Shown here piece by piece: positions 39,783 to 50,044 of a DNA stretch of 64,000 nucleotides. The position numbers and the translations under genes were made by a program. Below the pieces are notes generated by a model. That model saw nothing but the letters and a program-made list of their open reading frames with translations. It had not been told where the DNA came from and searched no databases. The stretch comes from an uncultured Candidatus Binatia bacterium (GTDB lineage Bacteria; Desulfobacterota; Binatia; UBA9968; JAJDTQ01), in contig OZ244070.1 in assembly GCA_965215605.1 (NCBI GenBank), forward strand, positions 2,912,001 to 2,976,000, given 5' to 3'. Each line of letters begins with the position of its first letter. Positions within the stretch are counted from its first letter, which is position 1.

Positions 39783-40802
39783 ATGCAGTTGGGCATCATC
39801 GGTTTGGGAAGGATGGGCGGCAACATGGCCAGGCGGCTGATCAAGGCCGGTCACGAGGTGGTGGCCTTCGACAGGCACGCCGACGCCGTCCAGGGGTTGG
39901 TGGAAGAAGGCGCCGTGGGGAGCGCCTCCTTGCAGGAACTGGTGGCGAAGCTCGAGAGGCCCCGGGCGGTGTGGATGATGGTGCCCGCGGCGGTGGTGGA
40001 CCAAACCGTCGAGTCCTTTGTGGAATACCTGGAGGAGGACGACATCCTCATCGACGGCGGCAACTCCTACTACATCGACGACATCCGGCGAGCCGGGGAG
40101 CTGGCGGCCAGGGGGCTCCACTACGTGGACGTGGGCACCAGCGGCGGCGTCTGGGGGCTGGACCGGGGCTACTGCCAGATGATCGGGGGCGAGCCGGATC
40201 AGGTGAAGCATCTGGATCCGATCTTCGCGGCGCTGGCGCCCAGCATCGACGAGGCGCCGCGCACCCCGGGCCGGGAGCCGGGCAAAGGCACGGCGGAGCA
40301 CGGCTACCTCCACTGTGGCCCCAACGGCGCCGGGCACTTCGTCAAGATGATCCACAACGGCATTGAGTACGGCATCATGGCGGCCTATGCCGAGGGCTTC
40401 AACATCCTGAAGCACGCCAACATCGGCAAGCAGGGGCGCGAGGCCAGCGCCGAGCAGACGCCGTTGAGGGACCCGGAGCATTACCAGTACGACTTCGATC
40501 TGGGCGAGGTGGCGGAGCTCTGGCGGCGCGGCAGCGTGGTGGCCTCCTGGCTGCTGGACCTCACCGCCAACGCGTTCCTGGAGGACCCCAAGCTCGAGCG
40601 GTTCGCCGGCCGGGTGTCGGATTCCGGGGAGGGGCGCTGGACCATCCACGCCGCGGTGGACGAGGCGGTGCCGGCCCACGTCCTCACCGCGGCCCTGTTC
40701 GAGCGCTTCAGCTCCCGCGGCGAGGCGGACTTCGCCGACAAGCTGCTGTCGGCCATGCGCTTCCAGTTCGGCGGCCACGAGGAGCTGCCCGGCAAGAAAT
40801 AG
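39783..40802 (+). CDS. gnd: 6-phosphogluconate dehydrogenase (short, decarboxylating)
   Basis: GLGRMG, IDGGNS, HFVKMIHNGIEY, DSGEGRW and FGGH motifs. Confidence 0.93.
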   Translation: MQLGIIGLGRMGGNMARRLIKAGHEVVAFDRHADAVQGLVEEGAVGSASLQELVAKLERPRAVWMMVPAAVVDQTVESFVEYLEEDDILIDGGNSYYIDDIRRAGELAARGLHYVDVGTSGGVWGLDRGYCQMIGGEPDQVKHLDPIFAALAPSIDEAPRTPGREPGKGTAEHGYLHCGPNGAGHFVKMIHNGIEYGIMAAYAEGFNILKHANIGKQGREASAEQTPLRDPEHYQYDFDLGEVAELWRRGSVVASWLLDLTANAFLEDPKLERFAGRVSDSGEGRWTIHAAVDEAVPAHVLTAALFERFSSRGEADFADKLLSAMRFQFGGHEELPGKK

Positions 40803-40819
40803 CCGGCGGCTTCGGACCC

Positions 40820-41566
40820 ATGGACATCGAGGTGCTTCCCGATGCGGAGTCGGTGGCGCGCCGCGCCGCGGTCTTCATCGCCGATGCCGCGCGGGCGGCA
40901 GTCAAGGCCCGCGGCCGGTTTGTCTTCGCCGTGAGCGGCGGCCGGACCCCCTGGGTCATGCTGCGGTTCCTGGCGCAGGAGAATGTTCCCTGGCACGCGG
41001 TGGAGATCGTGCAGGTGGACGAGCGGGCGGCCCCGGAGGGGCACCCGGACCGGAACCTGACTCATTTGCGGGAAAGCGTGCTGGAGCGGGCGCCGATAGC
41101 GCCCGGACAGATACATGCCATGCCCGTGGAAGCGGGCGACCTTGACGCCGCGGCCCGGGAGTACGCCGGCACGCTCGATCGTCTGACCGGGCCGTCCGGC
41201 CGGCTGGACCTCGTACACCTGGGCCTTGGTCCCGACGGTCACACCGCGTCGCTGATTCCGGGCGCCCCGGAGTTGGAGATACGCGACGCCCCGGTGGCGG
41301 TGACCGGCGTCTACCAGGGACGGCGGCGCATGACCCTGACCTTCCCGGTCCTCGACAACGCTCGCCATGTGCTCTGGGTGGTGACCGGCGACGACAAGCG
41401 GGAGATGCTGCAGCGGCTGCGCCACGGCGACGCCGCCATCCCCGCGGGCCGGGTGGTTTCCCACGCCGCGACGGTCATGGCCGACCGCGCCGCCGCGACA
41501 CTGCTCGGGACCGGTCAGGAATCTCGAGCCGGGCGATGGGGTGACGGTATCGGCGGTCGGAGGTGA
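40820..41566 (+). CDS. pgl: 6-phosphogluconolactonase
   Basis: SGGRTP, VDER, LGLGPDGHTASL and RMTLT motifs. Confidence 0.92.
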   Translation: MDIEVLPDAESVARRAAVFIADAARAAVKARGRFVFAVSGGRTPWVMLRFLAQENVPWHAVEIVQVDERAAPEGHPDRNLTHLRESVLERAPIAPGQIHAMPVEAGDLDAAAREYAGTLDRLTGPSGRLDLVHLGLGPDGHTASLIPGAPELEIRDAPVAVTGVYQGRRRMTLTFPVLDNARHVLWVVTGDDKREMLQRLRHGDAAIPAGRVVSHAATVMADRAAATLLGTGQESRAGRWGDGIGGRR

Positions 41567-41622
41567 CGTTGTGAATGCCCGGAGTCGCGGTTGGGGCGGA
41601 ATGACGGTCCGGGTTTGTGTTT

Positions 41623-43026
41623 CTAGCCGGCCGTCCTGAGCGCCGCGATCATGTCCTCGGTGCGGGTGAGCTTGACCCGCGGCCGTCCGCTTGCCTTGCC
41701 GCGCGCGGTCTCGATGTCGTCGAGACGGAGCCAGTCCTGGTAGGACACGTACTGGGGCTGGCGTTCCCGTATCAGCCGTTCGGCGCCGGCCACCGCGGGG
41801 TGGGCCGGATCCAACACCGCCCCGGCCCGCAGATCCTCCAGCATGCGTTCGACGGTTTCCACGGCATCGGGTTTGTTGGTGCCGATGACGCCGCTGGGGC
41901 CGCGCTTGATCCACCCGGACGCGTAGAGGCCGCCGAGGGGTTCCTTGCCCTTCCCGGCCAGCACGCGGCCCCGGTCGTTGGGGATCACGCCCTGCCGCTC
42001 GTCGAACGGGACCCCGGGCAGGGGCACGCCCAAGTAGCCGACGGAACGGAAGACGATGTCCGCCGGGATGGTTTCGGCAACCGCGGTGGCGCGCGGCCGC
42101 AAGGCGCCGTTGTCGGCATAGAGCTCGTTCCGGACCAGGCGGACGGCGCGTACCCGGCCGTCGGCGTCGCCGATGAGTTCCGTCGGCGAAAGCAGGAAGC
42201 GGATGCTGAGCCGGCGCGATTTGCCGGTGGGCGCCAGACCGGCGAAACTCTGAAGGATTTCGAGCTTCCGGACCAAAGCCTTGTCCGCGTGGGCGTCGAC
42301 GTGGGCCTGGCTGAGAGCATCGAGGCGGGCGTCTTCCGGCAGCACATCCACGTCGGCGTCGGCCAGTTCCCCCATCTCCTTGATCTCGGGGTTGGTGAAG
42401 GCGGCTTGGGCCGGGCCTCGGCGCCCGATGAGGTAGACGTTCCGGATACGGCTCTGCCGGAGCTCTTCCAGCGCGTAGTCCGCGATATCGGTGACGGCCA
42501 GCTCTTCGTGGCACCGGCACAGGATGCGGGCCACGTCGATGGCGACGTTGCCCACGCCGATGACCGCGGCGGATTCCCCGGAAAGGTCGAAGCAGCGGTC
42601 CCGGTAGTCGGGGTGCCCGTTGTACCACGCCACGAACTCGGTGGCGGCGTGGCTGCCCTCGAGATCTTCCCCGGGGATGCCGAGATTGCGGTCGGTCTGG
42701 GCGCCGGTGGTGAAACAGACCTGGTGGTAGTGGGCCGCGAGGTCGGTCAGGTGGATGTCCCGGCCGTAGCGCACGTTGCCGTAGAAGCGGAAGTTGGGCT
42801 TCCGGGCGGCCCGGTCGTACACCCGCACCACCGACTTGATCTTCTGATGATCGGGAGCGACGCCTCCCCGCACGAGCCCGAACGGGGTCGCCAACTCGTC
42901 GAACATGTCGACCTCGACGCTCAGACCCTGCTCGTGAAACAATCGTTCGACGACGTAGAAACCTGCCGGCCCCGACCCTATGATGGCCACTCGGAGAGGG
43001 TTGTCATCCGTTCCCGCGTTCGGCAT
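41623..43026 (-). CDS. Ferredoxin/adrenodoxin-type NADP+ reductase (FprA-like)
   Basis: GSGPAG, GVAPDH, WYNGHP, GVGNVAID and GWIKRGPSGVIGTN motifs. Confidence 0.92.
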   Translation of the reverse strand: MPNAGTDDNPLRVAIIGSGPAGFYVVERLFHEQGLSVEVDMFDELATPFGLVRGGVAPDHQKIKSVVRVYDRAARKPNFRFYGNVRYGRDIHLTDLAAHYHQVCFTTGAQTDRNLGIPGEDLEGSHAATEFVAWYNGHPDYRDRCFDLSGESAAVIGVGNVAIDVARILCRCHEELAVTDIADYALEELRQSRIRNVYLIGRRGPAQAAFTNPEIKEMGELADADVDVLPEDARLDALSQAHVDAHADKALVRKLEILQSFAGLAPTGKSRRLSIRFLLSPTELIGDADGRVRAVRLVRNELYADNGALRPRATAVAETIPADIVFRSVGYLGVPLPGVPFDERQGVIPNDRGRVLAGKGKEPLGGLYASGWIKRGPSGVIGTNKPDAVETVERMLEDLRAGAVLDPAHPAVAGAERLIRERQPQYVSYQDWLRLDDIETARGKASGRPRVKLTRTEDMIAALRTAG

Positions 43027-43279
43027 GGTTTCATTCTACGGCATTCGCCGCGGGGTTGCCAGTTTTCCCTTCCGGCCCTTCCCGAGAGGTCTGGATCGGT
43101 GTCCGCCTTGATGGCTCCCTGGTATCCATGTTACTGTTTTCGTGACCTTTTCGGGGGTTTCCACCCGTCAAGGCGGGTTTTGCCCGCTAACGACAAACTC
43201 GGGAGATTCCGTCCATGTGCGGCCTTCGTGGGCCGTGTCGGTGAACCGTCCGGTGCGAGCGGCGATTGGGAGCGCGTTC

Positions 43280-43945
43280 ATGCGTATCATCTTGTTGGGT
43301 CCGCCCGGGGCGGGCAAGGGAACGCAAGCGGAGGCCATGGTTGCGGCGTTCGGCATTCCACAGATCTCCACCGGCGACATGCTGCGGGCGGCGGTCAAGG
43401 AAGGCACGGCGCTCGGAGCGCGGGTCAAGTCCGTGATGGAGTCGGGCCGTCTCGTATCCGACGAGATCATCGTGGAACTCATCAAGGAGCGCATCCAGGA
43501 CCCGGATTGCCGTGACGGGTTTCTTTTCGACGGCTTCCCGCGGACACTGGCCCAGGCGGAGGCGCTGCGGAAAAACGACATCGCGGTCAGCCACGTGGTG
43601 GAGATCGATGTGTCCGCCGAGGATGTGATCGCGCGGCTCAGCGGCCGGCGGGTGCATCCGGCATCGGGGCGCATCTATCACGTGGCGTTCAATCCGCCCA
43701 GGATCGAGGGCAAGGATGACGTCACCGGGGAGGATCTGGTGCAGCGGGACGACGACAGGGAGGACACAGTGCGCCGGCGGCTGGAGGTCTATGGTAAACA
43801 GACCGCACCGTTGGTGGACTACTACACCGCCTGGCGGGATCGGGGCGATCGGGCGGCGCCGCGATACATCAAGGTGTCGGGGCTGGGCCGCGTCGAGGAT
43901 GTCGGCGATGCCATCCTGGCCAAGCTGAAGGAGGCGGCGCCGTGA
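43280..43945 (+). CDS. adk: Adenylate kinase
   Basis: [17 protein letters not shown] and DGFPRT motifs; non-zinc [12 protein letters not shown]. Confidence 0.96.
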   Translation: MRIILLGPPGAGKGTQAEAMVAAFGIPQISTGDMLRAAVKEGTALGARVKSVMESGRLVSDEIIVELIKERIQDPDCRDGFLFDGFPRTLAQAEALRKNDIAVSHVVEIDVSAEDVIARLSGRRVHPASGRIYHVAFNPPRIEGKDDVTGEDLVQRDDDREDTVRRRLEVYGKQTAPLVDYYTAWRDRGDRAAPRYIKVSGLGRVEDVGDAILAKLKEAAP

Positions 43946-44694
43946 ACCCGCACCCCCGAGTGACCATCGACGACTTCGATGCCGTCCTGTTCGATCTGGA
44001 CGGAGTCCTGACCTCCACCGCGCGGGTCCACTCCGTGTGCTGGAAGAAGATGTTCGACGAGTTCCTGCGGCAGCGCGCCGTGGAAACCGGCGGGGCCTTC
44101 GTGGCTTTCGACCTGGACGGCGACTACAAGCGGTACGTGGACGGCAAGCCCCGTTACGACGGGGTCCGGAGCTTCCTGGAGTCGCGGGGAATCGAGCTGC
44201 CCGACGGCGACCCGGACGACCCGCCGTCGGCATCGAGCGCCTGCGGCCTCGGCAACCGCAAGGACCGGCTGTTCAACGAGGTGCTGAAGGTGGAAGGGGC
44301 GGAGACGTACGACGGCACCATCCGTTGGGCCCGGGCTCTCCGCGGCCGGGGTATCAAGACGGCGGTGGTGTCCTCCAGCAAGAACTGCAAGTCCATCATG
44401 GAGGCCGCGGCCATCGAGGATCTGTTCGACACGCGGATGGACGGTGAGATCGCCCAGCGGCTCGGTATCCCCGGAAAGCCCGCGCCCGACACCTATCTCA
44501 GGGCCGCCGGGGAACTCGGCGTGCGCCCGGAGAGAGCGGTGGTGGTGGAGGATGCCCTTTCCGGCGTTCAGGCCGGCCGCGCGGGTGGCTTCGGCCTTGT
44601 CATCGGGGTGGACCGGCACGGTGATGCCGAAGCCCTTCGCGAGAACGGCGCGGACATCGTGGTGACCGATCTGGCCGAGATGCTGGACGAGTAG
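43942..44694 (+). CDS. HAD beta-phosphoglucomutase-family hydrolase
   Basis: FDLDGV, VDGKPR, GKPAPD and VED motifs. Confidence 0.88.
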   Translation: MNPHPRVTIDDFDAVLFDLDGVLTSTARVHSVCWKKMFDEFLRQRAVETGGAFVAFDLDGDYKRYVDGKPRYDGVRSFLESRGIELPDGDPDDPPSASSACGLGNRKDRLFNEVLKVEGAETYDGTIRWARALRGRGIKTAVVSSSKNCKSIMEAAAIEDLFDTRMDGEIAQRLGIPGKPAPDTYLRAAGELGVRPERAVVVEDALSGVQAGRAGGFGLVIGVDRHGDAEALRENGADIVVTDLAEMLDE

Positions 44695-44751
44695 TGTGTC
44701 GGTGGGTTTAGCGGCCGTTCGGCCTGAGCGCAGCGTAGCGAGGTCGAAGGG

Positions 44752-47730
44752 TCATCCCGCCTCCAGAAAGAACCTCTCGTAGCAGGCGCGGATGCGCTCC
44801 CGGCGTTTCTGGTAGTCCCGCAGCAAGGCGGCGCCCGGGGAACCGCGCCCCTTTTTCCCGTAGCCGAGGGCCAGGGCCACGGCCCGAAGCCGGCCCGGCT
44901 CACGTTCCAGAACGTGGATTTCCTGATCCCGCTCGAGGCGCAGGCGATGGCCCAGGCGGCGCAGGAAAGCATATCCTTCCACCAGGATCCGGTGGTCCCG
45001 GGCGCCGAGGATGTGCAACTCCCGGAGCGCGGCTGCCGCCCCCAGGGTGTCCCGTTGGCGCAACGCGGCGTGCTCGTGCCCGAAACGCAGTTGCAGCATC
45101 TGCACCAGGAACTCCACGTCGATCAACCCGCCGCGCCCGGTCTTGACGTCGAAACGGGAACCGTCCTCGCGCGCCAGCTCCCGCTCCATGCGCCTGCGCA
45201 GCCGGTCGATTTCGCTCAGGTGCTCCCGGCTGAAGCCGTCCTGATAGGCGAAGCGTTCGGCGATGGCCTCGGCCTCGGCGCCGAGCCCGGGATCGCCGGC
45301 CACGAAACGGGCCCGGATCAGCGCCTGCCGTTCCCATAGCTGCGAGTTGGTTTCGTGGTAGCGGCGGAACGCTTGGAGGGAGGACACCAGCGGTCCCGAC
45401 CGTCCGGAAGGCCGCAGGCGCATGTCGAGCCGATACGCGATCCCTTCTCTTGTCGGCGCGGAGAGACAGGCAATGAGCCGCTGTCCGAGGTGCACGTAGT
45501 ACTCGTGGGCGCCGGCGGCCTCGACGCCGTCGGGGCTGTCGTAGAGGAAGATGAGATCCAGGTCGGAGTTGTACTCGAGCTGCCGTTCGCCGAGCTTGCC
45601 CATGGCCAGCACCGCGAAGCGCCCGTCTTGCGGGGCCTCGTGCCGGCGTTCCATCTCGCTCCGGGCCAGCGTCAGGGCCGCTTCGAGACAGGCTTCCGCC
45701 AGGTCCGTCAGTTGCGCCACAGTCTCGTCGAAGGCCAGCTCCTCGCCGAGATCATGGAGGCCCAGCCGTATGAACTCCTCGAGGCGGTAGCGCCTCAGGC
45801 GGTCGAGCCGGTCCTCGATGTCGCCGGCTTCGTCGATGGAGGCGTCCAGCTCCGCCTGCAGTTCCGCGCGGGTCTTGGCCACGCGCGTGAGATCCACCCG
45901 GATCAGGCTGTCCAGCATCTCGGGCCGGTTCACGAACAGGACCGACAGGAATTGGCTGTTGGCGAACAGATCGACGAGCAGGCGCGTGGTCTTGGGATTT
46001 TCCGCCAACAGGGTGAGAAAGCCGGTCCGGGCGCCGATGCGGCGGCCGAACTCGGCCATGTGGTGCAGCGCCTGCTGCGGTTCCGCCGAGTCCAGTATGG
46101 TCTTCATCAAGGCCGGCATGAGGTCCCGCATGACCTTGCGGCGGTTGGGACCCGGAGGGGTGGCGCCACTGCCGTCCCGCACCGCCAGCAGGTCTTCATA
46201 GGCCTTGGCGGCGTCGTCGAACCCCCGTTCCTCGAGCTCGCCCATGACCCGTTCCCGTTGCTCCAGGTCCCGCCACACATCTGCCTCCGGACGGCCTCCC
46301 GCGGCGGAGATCTCCCTCCGCGCGCCGTAGAAGAGCCGATCGAAGGCGCTGTGCACGACTTCGGTATGCTTCCGGTAATCGGTCCGGAAGGCGTCGGTTT
46401 CGCCTCCCGCCGGAGCGACGTAGCCCAGCCGCCGCGCCAGCGCCCGCTGCCGGTCCGCCGCCGCCGGGATCTCATGCGACTGCTCGTGAGCGAATATCTG
46501 GATCTTGTGCTCCGCGTTGCGAAGGAACCGGTAGGCGGCGCCCAGCGCCTCGCTCTCCACGGCCGGGAGGTAACCGCACCGGGCCAGCGCCTCCAGGGCA
46601 TCGAGCGTGCCGCGCTGCTGGATACGGGGGTCGTACCCTCCGTTGACCAGTTGCAGGGCCTGGGTGAAGAACTCCACCTCCCGGATGCCGCCGTGACCGA
46701 GCTTGAGATTCCGTTGGCGGCGGTCGCCGTCGGCGAGCTGTTGCCGTTCGATGCGCGCCTTCATGTCGCGCAGTTCCTCCACCGTGGAATAGTCCAGATA
46801 ACGGCGGTAGACGAACGGCCGGACGTCGTCGAGAAAGGTCTCGCCCAACGCCACGTCCCCGGCCACGGGTCTGGCCTTGATCAGGGCCGAACGCTCCCAA
46901 CACTGGCCCCAGGACTCGTAGTAGAGCAGCGCCGCCGCTACGGGTTGCGCGGCGGGTCCCTGGCCGCCCATGGGACGAAGCCGCAGGTCGGTGCGGAACA
47001 CCAGACCGTCCTCGGTGAGCTCACCCATGGCGCAGGTCAGGCGTTCCGCCAGTTGGCCGAAGAACTCGGGCGGCGAGGCCGCGCGGCGGTTCGCGCGCTC
47101 GTCGGTCTCGTACAGGTAGATGAGGTCGACATCGGAGCTGAAGTTGAGCTCTCCGCCGCCCAGCTTGCCCATGCCCAGGATCACGAAGCGGTTGTCCCTG
47201 GATGTGCGGGGAAGTCTCACGCGGCCGTGTTGCCGTTCAAGGTCGGCGCGGCAGAACCGGTAGGCGGCGTCCAGTGTGACGTCGGCGAGGGTCGTCAGCT
47301 CCGTCATGGTTTCTTCCACCCGCGCCAGCGAGCCGAGATCGCGGCCGCCGATGCGAAGGAACTCCCGCCTCTTGTGGCGCCGCAACCGGCGGTAGAACCG
47401 CGCCGGAGTCTCCTCCCTGGGGATCCGGCCGAGCTCTGCCGCATGCCGCGCCGCCGGCTTGGGTCCGGTGCGGACGGCCCGAGTGAACGTCTCGGCCCAT
47501 GCATCGCCCTCGTTGATGAGGATGTCCGCGAGGTAGGCGCTGCCGCCGAGGATCCGGAGCAGGATCCGCAGATCCGCCGGTGCCAGCCTTGCCAAGGGTG
47601 CGCCGCCGCCGGATTCTACCAGCCGCCCGAGTTGCACCAGGGCGGCGTCGGGGGACGGCGCCGATCGGGCCAAGCGTTGCAGCCGGCGGCGCTCGGAGGG
47701 TGAGAATCCTGGCAGGTTGAGCTCGCTCAT
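44752..47730 (-). CDS. glnE: Glutamine synthetase adenylyltransferase
   Basis: Two nucleotidyltransferase repeats: MGKLGGGELNFSSDVDL and MGKLGERQLEYNSDLDL, with DLRLRP/DMRLRP. Confidence 0.94.
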   Translation of the reverse strand: MSELNLPGFSPSERRRLQRLARSAPSPDAALVQLGRLVESGGGAPLARLAPADLRILLRILGGSAYLADILINEGDAWAETFTRAVRTGPKPAARHAAELGRIPREETPARFYRRLRRHKRREFLRIGGRDLGSLARVEETMTELTTLADVTLDAAYRFCRADLERQHGRVRLPRTSRDNRFVILGMGKLGGGELNFSSDVDLIYLYETDERANRRAASPPEFFGQLAERLTCAMGELTEDGLVFRTDLRLRPMGGQGPAAQPVAAALLYYESWGQCWERSALIKARPVAGDVALGETFLDDVRPFVYRRYLDYSTVEELRDMKARIERQQLADGDRRQRNLKLGHGGIREVEFFTQALQLVNGGYDPRIQQRGTLDALEALARCGYLPAVESEALGAAYRFLRNAEHKIQIFAHEQSHEIPAAADRQRALARRLGYVAPAGGETDAFRTDYRKHTEVVHSAFDRLFYGARREISAAGGRPEADVWRDLEQRERVMGELEERGFDDAAKAYEDLLAVRDGSGATPPGPNRRKVMRDLMPALMKTILDSAEPQQALHHMAEFGRRIGARTGFLTLLAENPKTTRLLVDLFANSQFLSVLFVNRPEMLDSLIRVDLTRVAKTRAELQAELDASIDEAGDIEDRLDRLRRYRLEEFIRLGLHDLGEELAFDETVAQLTDLAEACLEAALTLARSEMERRHEAPQDGRFAVLAMGKLGERQLEYNSDLDLIFLYDSPDGVEAAGAHEYYVHLGQRLIACLSAPTREGIAYRLDMRLRPSGRSGPLVSSLQAFRRYHETNSQLWERQALIRARFVAGDPGLGAEAEAIAERFAYQDGFSREHLSEIDRLRRRMERELAREDGSRFDVKTGRGGLIDVEFLVQMLQLRFGHEHAALRQRDTLGAAAALRELHILGARDHRILVEGYAFLRRLGHRLRLERDQEIHVLEREPGRLRAVALALGYGKKGRGSPGAALLRDYQKRRERIRACYERFFLEAG

Positions 47731-47840
47731 GGAAGTCGTGGCCGCGGGGACGGTTTTCGTAGCCGGGGCAATTGACGCAGTATCGCCGAAGAATATACAA
47801 AGAAAAAGAACAGGAAGAATAGATCACAAGGGAGGGGCCG

Positions 47841-48254
47841 ATGAAACTCGAACTGCAAGTGACCTTTCGCGACGTGGAACCCTCTCGCGCTGTCGAGCAG
47901 GCCATCCGCGACAAGGCGGCCAAGCTCGATCAGTTCCATGATCGCATTACGAGTTGCCGGGTCGTGGTGGCCGCGCCGCACCGTCACCATCACAAGGGCA
48001 GGCTTTACAATGTCCGTATCGATCTGACGGTGCCCGGGGGCGAGCTGGTGGTGAACCGTGACAACAGCCACGCCGCGGCGCACCACGACGTCCACGTGGC
48101 CATTCGGGACGCGTTCGACGCGGCGAGGCGGCAGGTACAGGATTATGCCCGTCGACGGCGGGGTGAGGTGAAGACCCACTCGGCGACCCCCCGCGGGGAG
48201 GTCGCCGAGCAGCCTCTCAGTCCTGAAGGTTCAGTTCCGCTACCGCGGTCCTGA
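47841..48254 (+). CDS. HPF/RaiA-family ribosome-associated protein
   Basis: [21 protein letters not shown] and [13 protein letters not shown] motifs. Confidence 0.85.
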   Translation: MKLELQVTFRDVEPSRAVEQAIRDKAAKLDQFHDRITSCRVVVAAPHRHHHKGRLYNVRIDLTVPGGELVVNRDNSHAAAHHDVHVAIRDAFDAARRQVQDYARRRRGEVKTHSATPRGEVAEQPLSPEGSVPLPRS

Positions 48255-49749
48255 GCTTTCTCAGGGCTCGTTGCTCGATCTGGCGGATGCGTTCCCGCGT
48301 GAGCGAGAAACGCTCGCCGAGTTCTTCGAGGGTATAGTCCCGCACCTCCCCGATGCCGAAGCGGAAGCGCAGCACGGCTTCCTCGCGGGGCGGCAGGGTG
48401 GCGAGAACCCTCTTGACCTTGTCGCGCAGGTTGGCGTGAATGGTCTGGTCCAGGGGTTTGGCGATGTGCTTGTCCTCGACGAAGTCGCCGAGCCGGCTCT
48501 CCTCGTCGTCGCCCATGGGCGTTTCCAACGAAACCGGTTCCTTGACGATGCGCATCAGCCTGCGGATCTCGTCGGTGGTCAGCCCCATCTCGACCGCCAC
48601 CTCATCGGGCTGCGGCTCTCTCCCGAGCTTGCGGTGGAGCGACCGGTGCGCGCGGATGAGCTTGTTCCGGGTCTCGATCATGTGAACCGGGATGCGGATG
48701 GTCGGCGCCGAGTCGATGATGCCGCGGGTGATGCTTTGCCGAATCCACCAGCCGGCGTAGGTCGAGAACCGGTAGCCCAGCCGATAGTCGAACTTCTCCG
48801 CCGCGCGCATGAGGCCGACATTGCCCTCCTGAATCAGATCCAGGAACTGGAGCCCCCGGTTGCCGTATTTCTTCGCCAGGCTGACGACGAGCCTCAGATT
48901 GGCCTCGATGAGTACCTTCTTCGCGGATGAGGCCTTGTACTCGGCGGCGTTGATCGCTTTCACCTGACTCGTGATATCGGCCGCGGAAGATTCGAGGGCG
49001 TCCTCGACGGCTTGTAACTCGGCGGCGATGCGCTTGGCCGCATTGCCGCGCGTGTGGGTGCGGGCCTGTTCCTGCAACTCGACGATGGCCCGGTGAGACT
49101 CCTTGAGGGTTTCGCCGACCTCGTCGATCCACTCCTTGGAAAGGCGCAGCCCCTTCACCGTGTCGATGATCCGGTTCGCCTTCTTGCCGAGGTCGGCTTC
49201 CAGCACCCCCCGGCGCTTCTGGGAGGTCCGCTTCCGGGCGAGCTCTTTCCGCATGCGCGTCTGGTCCTCCACAAGACCGCGCAGCACGGTGATTCCCTTG
49301 AGGAAGCGACGGCGTTCCGTGGTCTCGTCGAACGCGGTGCCGTCATCGTCCAGCATCAACACACGATCCAGCCCTGTTTCGTTCTTTTTGATCCGCTCGG
49401 CGAGGTCGAGAACGCGACGGACCGTAAAGGGCGAGGCAAGGACACTGGCGATGTACTCGTCCTGGCCCTGCTCCATCTGCATCCCGAGCTGTACCTCGCG
49501 TTCCCGCGTCAACAGGGGGGTGGAGCCGATGTCCCGCAGATACAACGACACCGGATCGGTCTTTTCGTCCACCCGGTCGCTGTCCACCGGAACGGGGCTC
49601 TGCGGGGACTCCTCGGAAAACGACGCGCTCCGCTCCTCTTCCTCCACTTCTCCCATGGAGATATCGTCAAGCTCGTCGATTGAGTCGTCCATCGCCTCCT
49701 CGGTGTCTTCGATGTTCAAGGCTCTCTCCATCATCGTTGCTTCCGCCAT
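48217..49749 (-). CDS. RpoD-like sigma70 paralog (group 2-like)
   Basis: [38 protein letters not shown] and TRERIRQIE motifs; no obvious region 1.1. Confidence 0.9.
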   Translation of the reverse strand: MAEATMMERALNIEDTEEAMDDSIDELDDISMGEVEEEERSASFSEESPQSPVPVDSDRVDEKTDPVSLYLRDIGSTPLLTREREVQLGMQMEQGQDEYIASVLASPFTVRRVLDLAERIKKNETGLDRVLMLDDDGTAFDETTERRRFLKGITVLRGLVEDQTRMRKELARKRTSQKRRGVLEADLGKKANRIIDTVKGLRLSKEWIDEVGETLKESHRAIVELQEQARTHTRGNAAKRIAAELQAVEDALESSAADITSQVKAINAAEYKASSAKKVLIEANLRLVVSLAKKYGNRGLQFLDLIQEGNVGLMRAAEKFDYRLGYRFSTYAGWWIRQSITRGIIDSAPTIRIPVHMIETRNKLIRAHRSLHRKLGREPQPDEVAVEMGLTTDEIRRLMRIVKEPVSLETPMGDDEESRLGDFVEDKHIAKPLDQTIHANLRDKVKRVLATLPPREEAVLRFRFGIGEVRDYTLEELGERFSLTRERIRQIEQRALRKLRTAVAELNLQD

Positions 49750-49989
49750 GATTGAGCATGCCGTCGCTGGAAGGGCCCGGCTCCTTCCGGCAGGCCGGCA
49801 AATCGACCGTTCTCAGGTTGAAAGTGTCCGCAACCATCGCGAAACCTCAATGCTCCGATTCGACTGGCCTGCCGGGGCGTCGTCAAGGGATCGGCGGTAC
49901 AGACACGAATGTAAATTTATGCGTTGGGACAGTCCCTGCGGACCCAACAAGACTAAGTAGCGGTCCTTGAGGAGTATCAGCAACAACCC

Positions 49990-50018
49990 ACAGTATCACT
50001 GAAAATAATCGTTGTCAA
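49990..50018 (-). promoter_or_regulatory. Sigma70 promoter of the sigma-factor gene
   Basis: TTGACA-N17-TACTGT with extended TGn. Confidence 0.65.
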
Positions 50019-50044
50019 GCACATGGTTAGCGGCCTCCGGGACG

